Below, piece by piece: positions 12,614 to 25,785 of a stretch of DNA of 64,000 nucleotides. Numbering within the stretch: position 1 is the first letter of the stretch; each line of letters opens with the position of its first letter. The position numbers and the translations under genes are program-made. The notes beneath the pieces were generated by a model, which was given only the letters and a program-made list of their open reading frames with translations, was not told the DNA's origin and searched no databases. Origin of the DNA: Octopus sinensis (taxonomy: Eukaryota); contig NC_043019.1 in assembly GCF_006345805.1 (NCBI RefSeq), positions 24,365,360 to 24,429,359 of the forward strand, given 5' to 3'.

Positions 12614-14765
12614 TATATTATATATATATATATATATAGTATATATATATATATATACTATATATATATATAGATATATATCCTATATGTATATATATAT
12701 ATGGACATATATGTGTGCAATATATATATCATAATATATATATCTACATACATACACTGCTACGTGTACACATATATGTTTAAACATATATTTATATGTG
12801 TATATACAAAAACACATAAATTTATATGTGTGTATATAAAAATACCCATATATATGTGTGTGTATATGTGTATGTATGCATGTATGTATGTATATATGCA
12901 TGCCTTGTATGCATGTATGTTTGTAGGTATATGTTATAATGTAGGTAATAGAAAAAAATGTAGACAGAATACGTACATATACAAATATGTGTTATGGAAG
13001 TGTAAATATCTCCAATGATGCATAATTGATTCTCACTGTTCGAAGACGATATTGCGTAAGTTTTTCACTTACCTTGACACGACATTTTGTTACTCCAACA
13101 GGACTGGGTGACAATTCACTGAAGCAGACGACACCCTAGCCTGCTGATGGTATACCACGTGACTTTATCTGGCCAACAATCGTTACAGCTTTTCTAACGC
13201 AAACTAGTGTGTGTATGTGTGTGTGTGTTTGTGTGTGTGTTTGTGTATGTGTGTGTGTGTGTGTGTGTCTACGTATATGTGATTGTGCACTTTTACATAC
13301 GTTCGTATGTATGCGCACCTTAGTGTATGTGTTCGTGTGAGTTACTGTATATGTTCGTGTTCATTTGTACAAGCGTTTGCTAGTGTGTGTGTGTGAGTGT
13401 ATGTGCATTTATGTGTGTATATATGCGTGTGTTAGCATACGTGTTCGACTGATTTGCAGTGAGATTCAGACAATACTTTCAATACATTGGTAACAGTCTA
13501 GTATTTATTGTCATCTTCTTAGGGCCGAACCGCTTACGTACAGGTGGATAAACATAGCAACATTGGTTGTCATGCAGTGGTATGGAGCAAACACCAACAA
13601 AAAGATATACGCACATAAATCTATCTATCTATCTATCTATCTATCTATTTATCTATCTATCTCCGTCTCTTTGCCTCTCTGTCTGCCTATAGGTCTCTCT
13701 CTCTCTCTCTCTTCCCATCTGTATATATATATATATAATATATATATATATATACATACGTAGATACATGCATACATGTTCATCTTTACCCGTAATGCAC
13801 ATTAATATTCTAGTTTAAAAAAGATTTCTTTCTTTTTATGATTTCTTTTTTCATATTTAATTCTGATAAGTAAAACAATTATCTTAAAGAAGTTTTTCAA
13901 AATGCGTGGTGTAGTTTACATAAGATATACAATTAGGGCGAACTTATATTCGAAACAATGAAACTATAATATGCCTGCAATGAATATGTAAACTTCTGGA
14001 ACAAACCACACGAAATAGTACAATGGACATTTGGCAGAAAAATCGTGACGAAAAAGTTTTTCACTTACCTTGACACGACATTTTGTTAATCCAACAGGAC
14101 TGGGTAACAATTCACTGAAGCAGACGACACCCTAGCCTGCTGATGGTATACCACGTGACTTTATCTGGCCAACAATTGTTACAGCGTTTCAAATGCAATC
14201 TAGTGTATGTGTGTCTTTGTGTGTGTGTATGTGTGTGTGTGCGTGCGTGTACGTGTGCGTGTATATGTATATGTGATTGTGTACCTATGTACATGTGATT
14301 GTGCACCTTTACACACGTGCGTATGTATGCGTGCCTCAGCGTATATCTTCGTGTGAGTCAGTGCCAAGTTGTGTATATATTCGCGTTTATTTGTGCATGC
14401 GTTTGCTAGTGTGTTTGTGTGTGAGAGCATGTGCATGTACGTGTGTATGTATGCGTTTGCATATATGTTTATGTGTGTGTATGTTTGTGTTGTATGTGCA
14501 TGTGTCTGTGCGTTTGTGTATTTATAATTATCTGTGCGCTTTTACTTATGCGTGTATGTATGCGTGTATAAGCATACGTGTTCGACTGAGTTGCTGTGGC
14601 ATCAACCCACTAATTTCAATAGATTGGTTAAAGCCTAGTATTCATTCAGTTATATTCCTGATGTCGAACTGCTTACTTACAGGGATGTAAACACAGGAAC
14701 ATCGTTGACAAGCGGGGGTATGGGACAAACACCAAGACAAAGACACACGCACATAAATCTCTCTC

Positions 14766-14846
<81 letters not shown>

Positions 14847-14861
14847 ATAATATATATATAT

Positions 14862-14906
<45 letters not shown>

Positions 14907-15004
14907 CTATCTATCTATCAATCTATCTATCTTTCTGATAGCTATCGGTGTCTGCTAATCTGTCTCTCTGTTTTTCTACTCTCTCTCTCTCTATTAATAT
15001 ATAT

Positions 15005-15125
15005 ATTGGCCTGCTCGCTTAGGCCGCGGCGGGGTGGCGTCATTTGAAGGATAAAACAATACGAAAGCGCATGGGACCAGCGATGTGTAGCAACATCTGT
15101 TAGCTGGTCGGTCACGGTGATCACG

Positions 15126-15132
<7 letters not shown>
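15005..15132. repeat. Short GC-rich structured interspersed-repeat-like element embedded in (TA)n
   Basis: GC-rich ~130-bp island with hairpin gaccagc-gatgt...acatc..gctggtc (15075-15109) and terminal tcacggtga x2. Repetitiveness is inferred from context. Confidence 0.45.
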
Positions 15133-15167
<35 letters not shown>

Positions 15168-15639
15168 ATATAAATATATATATTCCGTGGTGTTTTTTTC
15201 CGTTTCCTTCCACCAAATACACTCAAAAGGTTTTTGGTTGGCCCGTGGCTACACTAGAAAACATTTGCCCAAAATGCCACGCATTGTTATTGAGCTTGGA
15301 ACCACGTGTTTTGGAAGCAAGCTCATCGTGGAAACAATCATTTTGGCAAAGGATAGCAGATAATTGTCTCACTCCTTGTCTCCGGTTGTCTGGCTCTAGG
15401 AGTGTCCCTGTAACTGAGGGTTTAACTGTATGTGTTAAACCTGCTCCTCTCTCGTTCTCACTCTCTCTCACTTTCTCTCTAACTCCCACTCTCCCTCACA
15501 TACACATACACAAACGGACACACTGTTTACATACATACATATAGATATGTATATATATACATACATATATATATATATATGTGTGTTTGTGTGTGTGTGT
15601 GTATTTATGTACATATCTATGTAAGTATATATATATATA

Positions 15640-16038
15640 TCTCTTTATATATAAAAGTCAAGTTGTGTGTCTGTCTCCTACGATTTAGATTCCTAACTAC
15701 TCCCACATTTTGCGGTGCAGTTTAACCAAAACCGGGTATCTTATAGTCGTGATTCATATCGAGCCCTTCTGGGTATTAGCGCGCGTCTACGAAGAGTCTA
15801 CGATTTAAAAAAAAATTACCATCATTTTTTTCCATTTTAATGCATTCTTTTCGCTATTATATAGGGGAAGTAACTCTCTAAAAATGTCTACGATCAGTCA
15901 AAGATTTAAAAAAAAATTTACCATCATTTGTTTTCCATTTTTAATGCATTTTTTTGCTATTTTTTGGCTATAACTCTCTAAAAATGCTTATATAGTTATT
16001 TCTTTTACAAACCCGAGCAACGCCGGGCGATACTGCTA

Positions 16039-16039
<1 letters not shown>
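15640..16039 (+). mobile_element. Non-autonomous Helitron (400 bp)
   Basis: A|TC 5' end at 15640; GC hairpin cccgagc-aac-gccggg (16012-16027) just before CTAG|T at 16036-16040; no TSD. Confidence 0.85.
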
Positions 16040-16083
<44 letters not shown>

Positions 16084-16559
16084 GTATGTATGTATGTATA
16101 AATATATATATACAAGCATATGTATATATATATGTGCGTGTATGTATGTATGTGTGTGTATATGTATGTAATATATGCATGTATGTATATATATGCATGC
16201 CTTGTATGCATGTATGTATGTAGGTATATGTTCGAATGTAGATAATAGAAAGAATGTAGACAGAATATGTGCATATACAAATATGCGTTATGAAAGTGTA
16301 AATATCTCCAATGAGATGCATAACTGTTTCTCACTGTTCGAAGACGATATTGCGAAGATAACAAGTGAGCAAACAATACGATATTAACAGAAAGCAAAGA
16401 ACAGACTGACATACTGCGTAATATAGGCGGAATATATCTGAAGTGTATACATTTATTTATTTCATGTTATCTATTGTAACATCGACCTTTATATACATAT
16501 CTATCTATCTATCTATCTATCTATATAAAACCTTTGATTCAATAACACTGTGTATAAAT

Positions 16560-16850
16560 TCTATACTTGGAAAGACCAATTTTAAATGCCATTGGATTTT
16601 ACTCATGAGGTATTGGAATCTTACATGTATACTATTCTGCCTAAAAAAAATTGATCTACAAATAAAATATCCCTACACATACCAAATCTATTTTCTCTCC
16701 TCCATCTCATTCACTATTTTTAAGTCTCTTATCTAAATTAACTATTACTTGACCATCCTCTCACAGTGTCTCCGATGAAGGGATATAATATCATAGAAAC
16801 ATCTGTTAGACCTTTATCTATAAATGTTCTAAAATCTACAAAGCCTTGTT
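16560..16850 (+). mobile_element. Penelope-like terminal-repeat remnant with a decayed hammerhead (16768-16811)
   Basis: gtct-CCGATGA-agggatataatatcata-GAAA-catctg-TT-agac matches the layout of the intact-core motif at 30945-31020. Confidence 0.45.
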
Positions 16851-16932
16851 TTTATATACATATATATATATATATATATATAATATAATATATATATATA
16901 TTATATATATAGATACACATAAATATATATAT

Positions 16933-16977
<45 letters not shown>

Positions 16978-18060
16978 CTTCAAAATAAATATCGTTATGC
17001 AAACATCCATTGCTGTAAATATTATACACGTACACACGAACACACGCACACACACACCCACGCACACACACACATGTATGTATATGTATATGTATACATA
17101 CATGCATACATGTGCATCTTTACACGTAATACACATTAATACATTAGATGAAAAAGATATCTTTCTTTTTATGATTTTTCTTTTGATATTTAATTCTGAT
17201 AAGTAAAATAATTATCTAACAGAAGTATTCCAAAATACGTGCTGTATTTTACATAAGATATACAATTAGGGCGAACTTATATTCGAAACAATGAAACTGT
17301 AATATGCCTGCAAAGAATATGTGAGCTCCTGGAACAAACCACATGAAATAGTACAATGGACATTTGGCAGAAAAATTGAGACCAAAAAGTATTTCACTTA
17401 CCTTGACACGACACTTTGTTACTCCAACAGGACTGGGTGACAATTCACTGAAGCAGACGACACCCTAGCCTGCTGATGGTATACCACGTGACTTTATCTG
17501 GCCAACAATTGTTACAGCGTTTCAAATGCAATCTAGTGAGTGTGTTTCTGTGTTTGTGTGTGTGTATGTGTATGTGTGTGTGCGTGTGTCTATGTATATG
17601 TGATTGTGCACTTTTACGAATGTGCGTATGCATGCGAGCCTTAGCGAATGTCTTCGTGTCAGTTACTGCCAGTTTGTGTATATATTCGTGTTTATTTGTG
17701 CATGCGTTTGCTAGCGCCTATCTGAGTGCATGTGCATGCATGTGTGTGTAGGAGTTTATGTATATGCTTGTGTTTGTATGTGCGTGTGTGTGTGTGTGCA
17801 TTTGTCTATGTATGTGATTGTGCGCTTTTACTTATGTGTGTATGTATGCGTGTGTTAACATACATGTTCGAGTGAGTTGCTGTGAGATTCAGACAATACT
17901 TTCAATACATTGGTAACAGTCTAGTATTTAATGTCATCTTCTTAGGGCCAAACTGTTTACTTACAGGGGGCAAACACAGCAACTTCGGTTGTCATGTGGT
18001 GGTATGGGACAAACACCAACACAAAGACACACGCACATTAGTCTCTCTCTCTCTCTCTCT

Positions 18061-18128
<68 letters not shown>

Positions 18129-18685
18129 TTCTGTCTGTTTGTCTGTCTGTCTGTCTCTCGCTCTCTCTCACTCTCTCTCCCCATATATATATATGTAATC
18201 TATATCAATTTATCTATATATATAGAGAGAGATATATATATATGCATCATAATATATATATATATATATCTATATATATTATATATATATATTATCACAC
18301 ATATATATGATGATGTTTCAGTATCTTTCTACTAAATCATCTCAAAGGTTGGGTCGGCCCGTAGCTACAGTACAAGTCATTTGCCCAGAATACCACACAT
18401 TGTGATTGAACTTGGAACCATGTGCTTGGTATGCAAGTTCATCGTGGAAGCAATCATTTTGGCACAGGATAGCAGATAATTGTCTCACTCCTTGTCTCCG
18501 GTTGTCTGGGTCTATGAGTGTCCCTGTAACTGACGGTGTAGCTGTTTGTGTACCTACCTGCCCGTCTCTCTTTCTCACTCTCTCTCTCTCGCTCTTTCAC
18601 TCTCTGTCGCTCTCTCACATACACACACAAACGAACACACTGTTTACATACATGCGTACATATATATATGTATATATATATATAC

Positions 18686-18728
<43 letters not shown>

Positions 18729-18770
18729 GTAGATATGCATATAGTATGTAATACATATGTATGCATATAA

Positions 18771-18803
<33 letters not shown>

Positions 18804-18804
18804 A

Positions 18805-18841
<37 letters not shown>

Positions 18842-18922
18842 TACATATATATATATAAGACATACCTACATACATTGCTACGTGTACACATATGTTTAAA
18901 CATACATTTATATATGTGTTTG

Positions 18923-18962
<40 letters not shown>

Positions 18963-19180
18963 GGTGTGTGTATGCATGTATGTATGTATATAAACATGCC
19001 TTGTATGCATGCATGTATGTAGGTTCGAATGTAGATAGTAGAAATAATGGAGATAGAATTCGCGCATATACAAATAAGATTATGAAAGTGTAAATATCTC
19101 AATGAGATGCATAACTGTTTCTCACTGTTCGAAGACGATATTGCGAAGATAACATATCTATCTATCTATCTATCTATCTG

Positions 19181-19233
<53 letters not shown>

Positions 19234-19244
19234 TAGATATATAT

Positions 19245-19290
<46 letters not shown>

Positions 19291-19446
19291 AAGCTATGTA
19301 TGTACGTGTTTATGAATGTATGGTGTGTGTATGTATCTATCTAAACTATATATATGTATCTCTCTCTCTCTCTCTCTCTCTCTCCTCTCAATCTTTATAT
19401 ATATATATATATATACAATATATATATATACTATATTATATATATA

Positions 19447-19485
<39 letters not shown>

Positions 19486-20129
19486 TATATATAGCTTCAG
19501 AATAAATATTAGCATGCAAGTTATACAATTAGGGCGAACTTGTATTCGAAACTATGAAACTATAATATGCCTGCAATGAATATGTGAGCTCCTGGAAGAA
19601 ACCACATGAAATAGTACAATGGATATTTGGCAGAAAAATTGAGATCAAAAGTTTTTCACTTACCTTGACACGACATATTTACTCCAACAGGACTGGGTAA
19701 CAATTCACTGAAGCAGACGACACCCTAGCCTGCTGATGGTATACCACGTGACTTTATCTGGCCAACAATTGTTACAGCGTTTCAAATGTCGATTTGACAA
19801 GCATGTTTACATATCTATGTATGTGTGCGGATGCGTGTTTGTGTGCGTCTACGTCTCCGTGTCCATGCATGTATATGATTTGAGCCAAAGCTAGACTATA
19901 TTACAAATATATAATTACATGGAGACAGATACAAAGATTATAAATTTATTCTATGTTCATGATATTCTTTTCTTTCTATTTGCTAATGTTTCCTATACTG
20001 ATCTTAAAATTGTGAGCGTGAAAAGTTACTATTCAAATGTTTGCTATTTTATTCACTTATTGGTCAGCACAGATATATATGTAGGAAATAGATTTTTCGC
20101 AATTTTTAACTTTTATGAGTTATTTCTTA

Positions 20130-20265
20130 CCATTCATTGGACTACAGCCATGCTGGGGTACCGCCTTGAAGTCGAATGAATTCCGCCCAATACTTATTCT
20201 TTAAACCTGATACTTACTCTATCGGTCTCTTTGCCGAATTGCCAGGTTATGGGTTCTAAGCAAAC
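20130..20265 (-). mobile_element. SINE family A 3' fragment (degenerate)
   Basis: cattggactacagccatgctggggtaccgcctt...tacttactctatcggtctctttgccgaa. Confidence 0.6.
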
Positions 20266-20972
20266 TAATAAGCGATCGAAGGAATAAACGCGCGCGCGCG
20301 CGCACATGGAAAATGAAATAAGACTGCGGTATATACATACATATGAGTGTGTATGTGTGTTTTATGTGTGTGTGTGTTTGTGTGTGTGTGGTTTGTGTAT
20401 GTTGCCTTATCGCTGGAACTAAGACAAAAGTAACCTCTATTCATATTCACTGATAAATATCAGGATGACAGGTGACCAAGTAAAGAGGAACATACCTAAA
20501 GGCAGGCGGCTTGAACGGGACTAGAACATCGTTCCTGTAACCGAACTAGGCGTGCTAGGAAGAAGGTAAACACTTGTATGTTCTCTGCTTCAATCAAATG
20601 GCCTTAATTCTTCAAAATGCATGCTCTTGTTTAATTAACAGAGCTCGGCAATGATGCATATATAAATATATATACACACACGCACCAGCCAATTTATTAT
20701 GTGAGGTAGTCAGAGAGTGCGGAACATTTTGAAATGATGTATCTTTTGTTGAGTTTGAACATGCGCACTTACAGAGACGCAAGCAAAGCGTAACCAGAGG
20801 TTTAGACATGGACAGGGACAATTGGCAAGTTATCTAATCTATAAACTTTGGCGTAGCTGGAAATAGTCTAAGAGACGGGTGCATCAAATTAAGGTAGAGA
20901 AGTATTGGTATGTTATTTCTGAGAATAGTTTCTCCTTTTAGTAACTTCAGAAGAGCAAGCAATATATATATA

Positions 20973-21375
20973 GGCGCAGGAGTGGCTGTGTGGTAAGTAG
21001 CTTGTTTACCAACCACATGGTTCCGGGTTCAGTCCCACTGCGTGGCACCTTGGGCAAGTGTCTTCTACTATAGCCTCGGGTCGACCAAAGCCTTGTGAGT
21101 GGATTTGGTAGACGGAAACTGAAAGAACCCCGTCGTATATATGTATATATATGCGTGTGTGTGTTTGTGTGTCTATGTTTGTCCCCCTAGCAGTGCTTGA
21201 CAACCGATGCTGGTGTGTTTATGTCCCCCGTTACCTAGCGGTTCGGCAAAAGAGACCGATAGAATAAGTACTGGGCTTACAAAAGAATAAGTCCCGGGGT
21301 CGTGTTGCTCGATTAAAGGCGGTGCTCCAGCATGGCCGCAGTCAAATAACTGAAACAACTAAAAGAGTAAAAGAG
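20973..21375 (+). mobile_element. Full-length tRNA-derived SINE, family A
   Basis: Head ggcgcaggagtggctgtgtggtaag (A box) and ggttcagtcc (B box); CORE-like ggcaccttgggcaagtg; internal (TA)/(TG) tract; aaaagagt-like tail; multiple homologues in the window. Confidence 0.92.
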
Positions 21376-21446
21376 AGAGAGTATATATATATATATATAT
21401 AATATATACTATATATAATATATATATATATATATATATGTATATA

Positions 21447-21499
<53 letters not shown>

Positions 21500-21559
21500 T
21501 ATAGATATATATATATATATATATATGTATATTTATACATATCTATATATATATGTGTG

Positions 21560-21919
21560 TGTGTGTTCTTGAACAAAACACATCTCACGTTGTTCTACGA
21601 TCACTTCAACTCCTGACATGTGGCACACTGTGCCCATGTTCAGGCAATGTTAATTTGATGGAGAGCTAATGTACAGCACATACATTTGATCAGTATAAAC
21701 AAAGGTCTCTCTCGTGCAAGAGGTTCATAAGACTGGTCTCTCAGGCTCTATTCCGTGTATATTCCCTCCCACTGGACAGGACGCCGATCCACCACAATTT
21801 TGCTAGCTGAGTGGACTAGAACAACGTGAAGGGAAATATTTTACTGAAGGTCACAATGTCTCGCTGGTCCAGGAATCGAAATCACAATCTAACGATCATG
21901 AATGTAACCCACTCTGACC
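21560..21919 (-). mobile_element. tRNA-derived SINE, family C
   Basis: Reverse strand reads gtggaggcgcgaggaatggtggtcagagt...gatttcgattcctggacc (A/B boxes); related to 6560-6800. Confidence 0.65.
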
Positions 21920-21943
21920 ACCATTCCTCGCGCCTCCACGATA

Positions 21944-21996
<53 letters not shown>

Positions 21997-22800
21997 ACTT
22001 GTAATGCTAGTGTGACTGATGCTGTTAATATTTCTCGTGAAACTTGCAATCCAATACATTTTGAGACGATATGAGAAGTGAAGGAAATTTAAAGAACCTA
22101 TTTTTTTTTTTTTTTGTGGGGGACTTGATATAGTGGTTGGTGTTGGGCCTGTGGGTTCACACAAAACGTTGACATTATGAGGGTACCTGAGAGTATCAGG
22201 AATGTCTGACTAGAAGGGAAATGAGTCCAGTCACCTACGAGTAGTGGCAGTGAAAAAGGCATAGATAGGAAACAGTTCACATCATAGGTCACGGGCAGGA
22301 GCATGTCTATGAATGACTTCCTATCAATAAGGTGGGTGGTACTTTTACAGATAAGAACTAGTATATGTGTCCGTCAGTAGCTGCTCAGTCTCAGATGTGG
22401 AAGCAACACTCTATTATTGGTTTCATAAGACCTTTATAGACTTCCTACGATTATTAGGATCTGAAGTATATCCTTGACTTCAACTAAAGAGCTATGTTAT
22501 GTATACACAACCGCACTGAGATGGATGTCGTGATAGTTCGATCCAATATTCAGGGTAACTGTGAAGATGGAAAGCAATGTTGACGTCGAAGGCAACAATG
22601 TGTGGGTATGTGTGTGTGTGTGTGCGTGTGTTTATGTGTATGTGTGTGTGCGCATGTATGTGTGTGTATGTGTGTGTGTGGTGTGTGCGTGTGTGTGCGT
22701 GAGTGCATGAGTAGTAAGTGAACATTTTTGACAGATATCTACCATCCAGCTATTTCTCATAGCACGTGCATTGCATGGCATTTACTTATAACTAATGCCT

Positions 22801-23017
22801 ATTTCTTTATTACCCACAAGGGGCTAAACACAGAGGGGACAGACATAGGTATTAAGTCGATTACATCGACCCCAGTGCGTAACTGGTACTTAATTTATCG
22901 ACCCCGAAAGGATGAAAGGCAAAGTCGACCTCGGCGGAATTTGAACTCACAACGTAACGCAGACGAAATACCGCAAAGCATTTCACCCGGTGTGCTAACG
23001 TTTCTGCCAGCTCGCCG
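22801..23017 (-). mobile_element. tRNA-derived SINE, family B
   Basis: Reverse complement of ggcgagctggcagaaacgttagcac..gagttcaaattccgccgaggtcgactttgcc...ccccttgtgggt. Confidence 0.92.
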
Positions 23018-23331
23018 TCAACATTTCTGCGCCAGCGAACATTATTTCCCATCCTGAAGCCCCCTTCTACAGCCTTCACATCCCTAAAATGTTCTTGTTC
23101 CTTTCTAGAGAACGGACACACATTTGGGTGGCAAGAGCTCTTTCATTTAAATGAGTCCCTACTATAAAGTGCATCCAAGGCAATGTGAGGCATTTGGCAA
23201 ATGAGTGAAGGTATCGTACGTTTGAGAGAACACTTAACTCTTGTCGTGGACAAGACAAATTCTCAAATGGTAATGTCATGATAAAATGCTCCTAGTGGTT
23301 CGTGTTAGTAATGCGTCAAGATTAAAATATA

Positions 23332-23556
23332 CGAGCGATGGCAGAAACGTTAGCACGCCAGGCGAAATGCTTAGCGGTATTTCGTGTGCGTCACGTTGTG
23401 AGTTCGAATTCCGCCGAGGTCGACTTTGCCTTTCATCCTTTCGGGGTCGATAAATTAAGTACCAGTTACGCACTGGGGTCGATGTAATCGACTTAATCTG
23501 TTTGTCTGTCCTTGTATTTCCCCTCTGTGTTTAGCCCCTTGTGGGTAGTAAAGAAA
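23332..23556 (+). mobile_element. tRNA-derived SINE, family B
   Basis: gcagaaacgttagcacgcc...gagttcgaattcc (B box)...gtcgactttgcctttcatcctttcggggtcgataaattaagtaccag. Confidence 0.92.
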
Positions 23557-23687
23557 CAGATACTTACTTCTTCAGATACCTCTCTAAGGGCAGCAACTCC
23601 GAATAAAGGGTGAAACAAACTGAAAAATTATGTGCGACTTGTATTAGCACGAAAAGTTAAGATTTATGATGATGATAGTTACATACA

Positions 23688-23748
<61 letters not shown>

Positions 23749-24279
23749 TATAATGTGTGTGTGTGTGCGTGTGTTGGTGTACGTGTGTATACACACACGG
23801 ATGTGTATATATATATGTACGTGTGCATGTATGTGCAAGTGTATGCGTGTGTGTGCGCTCTATGTGGATACGTGTTAGTATGTGAATGTGTGTATGTATA
23901 CAATCATACACACACAATAAGTATAGGACTGACGCAGAATTCATGCTTACATTTTTTAAACAAATGCCATTTACATTTTGGTACATCTATACGCTTCATC
24001 TCAGTAAATTCTGCTTTGCGTAAGAACACACGTACATTCTTCGACAAAGTTGTATGGACAACATGAATTAGTCTAGTGAGTCTTACTGAAGTTTCCATAG
24101 ACCCAGGGCTGTGTCGATAAAAATGTACGGCCATTTGCAAGAATGCTGAAGCAATAGTTCTCAATCAATCTTTTGATTTTTCTATTTCCGGTCGGGTTCT
24201 CATTCTCACTCATTCTTTCAGTATTACTCCTTCGTTCTCTTTCTCTCTTTCTCCCTCTCTCTCTCACTCTCTTTCTATC

Positions 24280-24354
<75 letters not shown>

Positions 24355-24610
24355 ACCTATCTATCTATTAATATGTGTGTATGTTTGTGTATGAATTATT
24401 CGTAAGATTCATTTGAATCACTGTAATTGAAAATTCGGCAAATACATGTATGTATACTATATACAAATATATATGGTCGTACCCGTGACTATGCAAACAT
24501 TTCCATAAACCTACATATACATGTAAATATGTACATATGCGCACAAGCATACAGGTTCAGGATCCAATGCAGAACAAATACTCATATAATATATATATAT
24601 ATATATATAT

Positions 24611-24934
24611 ATTCGATTCCCAGACCGGGCGTTGTGAGTGTTTATTGAGCAAAAACACCTAAAGCTCCACGAGGCTCCGGCAGGGGGTGGTGGTGATCCC
24701 TGCTGTACTCTTTCACCACAACTTTCTCTCACTCTTACTTCTTGTTTCTGTTGTACCTGTATTTCAAAGGGCCGGCCTCGTCACTCTCTGTGTCACGCTG
24801 AATATCCCCGAGAACTACGTTAAGGGTACACGTGTCTGTGGAGTGCTCAGCCACTTACACGTTAATTTCACGAGCAGACTGTTCCGTTGATCGGATCAAC
24901 CGGAACCCACGTCGTCGTACCGACGGAGTGCTTC

Positions 24935-24936
<2 letters not shown>
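24611..24936 (+). mobile_element. 5'-truncated SINE-like element
   Basis: Starts at a B-box-like ttcgattccc followed by cgttgtgagtgtttattgagcaaaaacacc; GC-rich body between two (TA)n tracts. Confidence 0.55.
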
Positions 24937-25021
<85 letters not shown>

Positions 25022-25239
25022 ATATATATATATATATATAATATATATATATATATATCTACATACATGTCTATACACACACATGCACGCGCATATATAT
25101 ATATATATAATATATATATATAGATATATATATATATATAAGGGTGACAATAAAGTCACTAAATAGTTATAATGAAAAAAACAAAGTAGAACAGAAGAAA
25201 AGCAAAGAAATATACACGATACAGAAACAGGTTCACGAC

Positions 25240-25660
25240 TGTAGCTTATAAACTTTACTACTTTAAAATATTAAAACCACCGTAGTTCCTGTTTTACAAG
25301 AAAAAGATGATATCTATGAACGTTACTTTCAACAGGATGAGACACCGCCACGTTTGCTCTCAAAGTAAGAAATTATGTTGATGCAACATTTCCAGGAAGA
25401 TGGCTAGGACGATGTGGCAGTGTTGAGTGGCTTCCTTGCCCCGACTTGACCCCGATGGATTTCACTATGTGGGGAATTATCAAACTTTCCGATTTTGCAA
25501 AAGAAACCGGGAAATATCGATGACCTCAAGTAATTTATTCCTGATGCATTTGCAAACTTAAGCCGCCAGAACCATTTGTGTCGTTACTTTGTCGAAGCGT
25601 TCTCGTACGCTGCAGGGATGCAATGAAGCAGGTGGCTTACAGTTCAAATAGTATCGGTAA
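25240..25660 (+). pseudogene. Degenerate Tc1/mariner-superfamily transposase, C-terminal part
   Basis: Frames give YFQQDETPP(H), ..DATFPGRWLGRCGSVEW..(S)PDLTPMDF..WGIIK and KKPGNIDDLK, i.e. the QQDGAPPH / WPPRSPDL catalytic motifs with stops and frameshifts. Confidence 0.85.
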
Positions 25661-25785
25661 TTCATTTACTATTGTTCTACCATAGCATTTTATTGTTATT
25701 TACCAAAATTAACAGGACTGTTGATTAATTGCTTTATCTTAACTGATATTATAAGTAACTGTATAGGGAGTTTACTGCCACCTTA

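Larger units (their letters stand above)
1320..19790 (-). repeat. Local tandem/segmental duplication array with eight copies of a ~95-nt core plus shared flanking modules
   Basis: Core cttgacacgac...ttcactgaagcagacgacaccct..cct.ctgatg(g)tataccacgtgactttat at 1720-1814, 9175-9269, ~10565-10669, 11912-12017, 13073-13168, 14069-14164, 17402-17497 and 19664-19757. Shared flanks include old SINE remnants (e.g. 11090-11225, 12180-12325, 13455-13610, 17880-18030) and the ttctcactgttcgaagacgatattgcg module. Blocks 1320-1850 and 8775-9310 are near-identical. Confidence 0.92.

Noticed and set aside
1720-19757. Repeated cores as a CRISPR array, miRNA cluster or snoRNA cluster
   Set aside because: Eukaryotic context, kb-scale irregular spacers and no cas genes; no convincing pre-miRNA hairpin or C/D box pairing by eye.
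20464-20565. AG/GT-bounded purine-rich segment
   Set aside because: Stops in all frames and a poor acceptor.
23109-23210. AG/GT-bounded exon candidate between the inverted SINEs
   Set aside because: Stops in all three frames and no other support.
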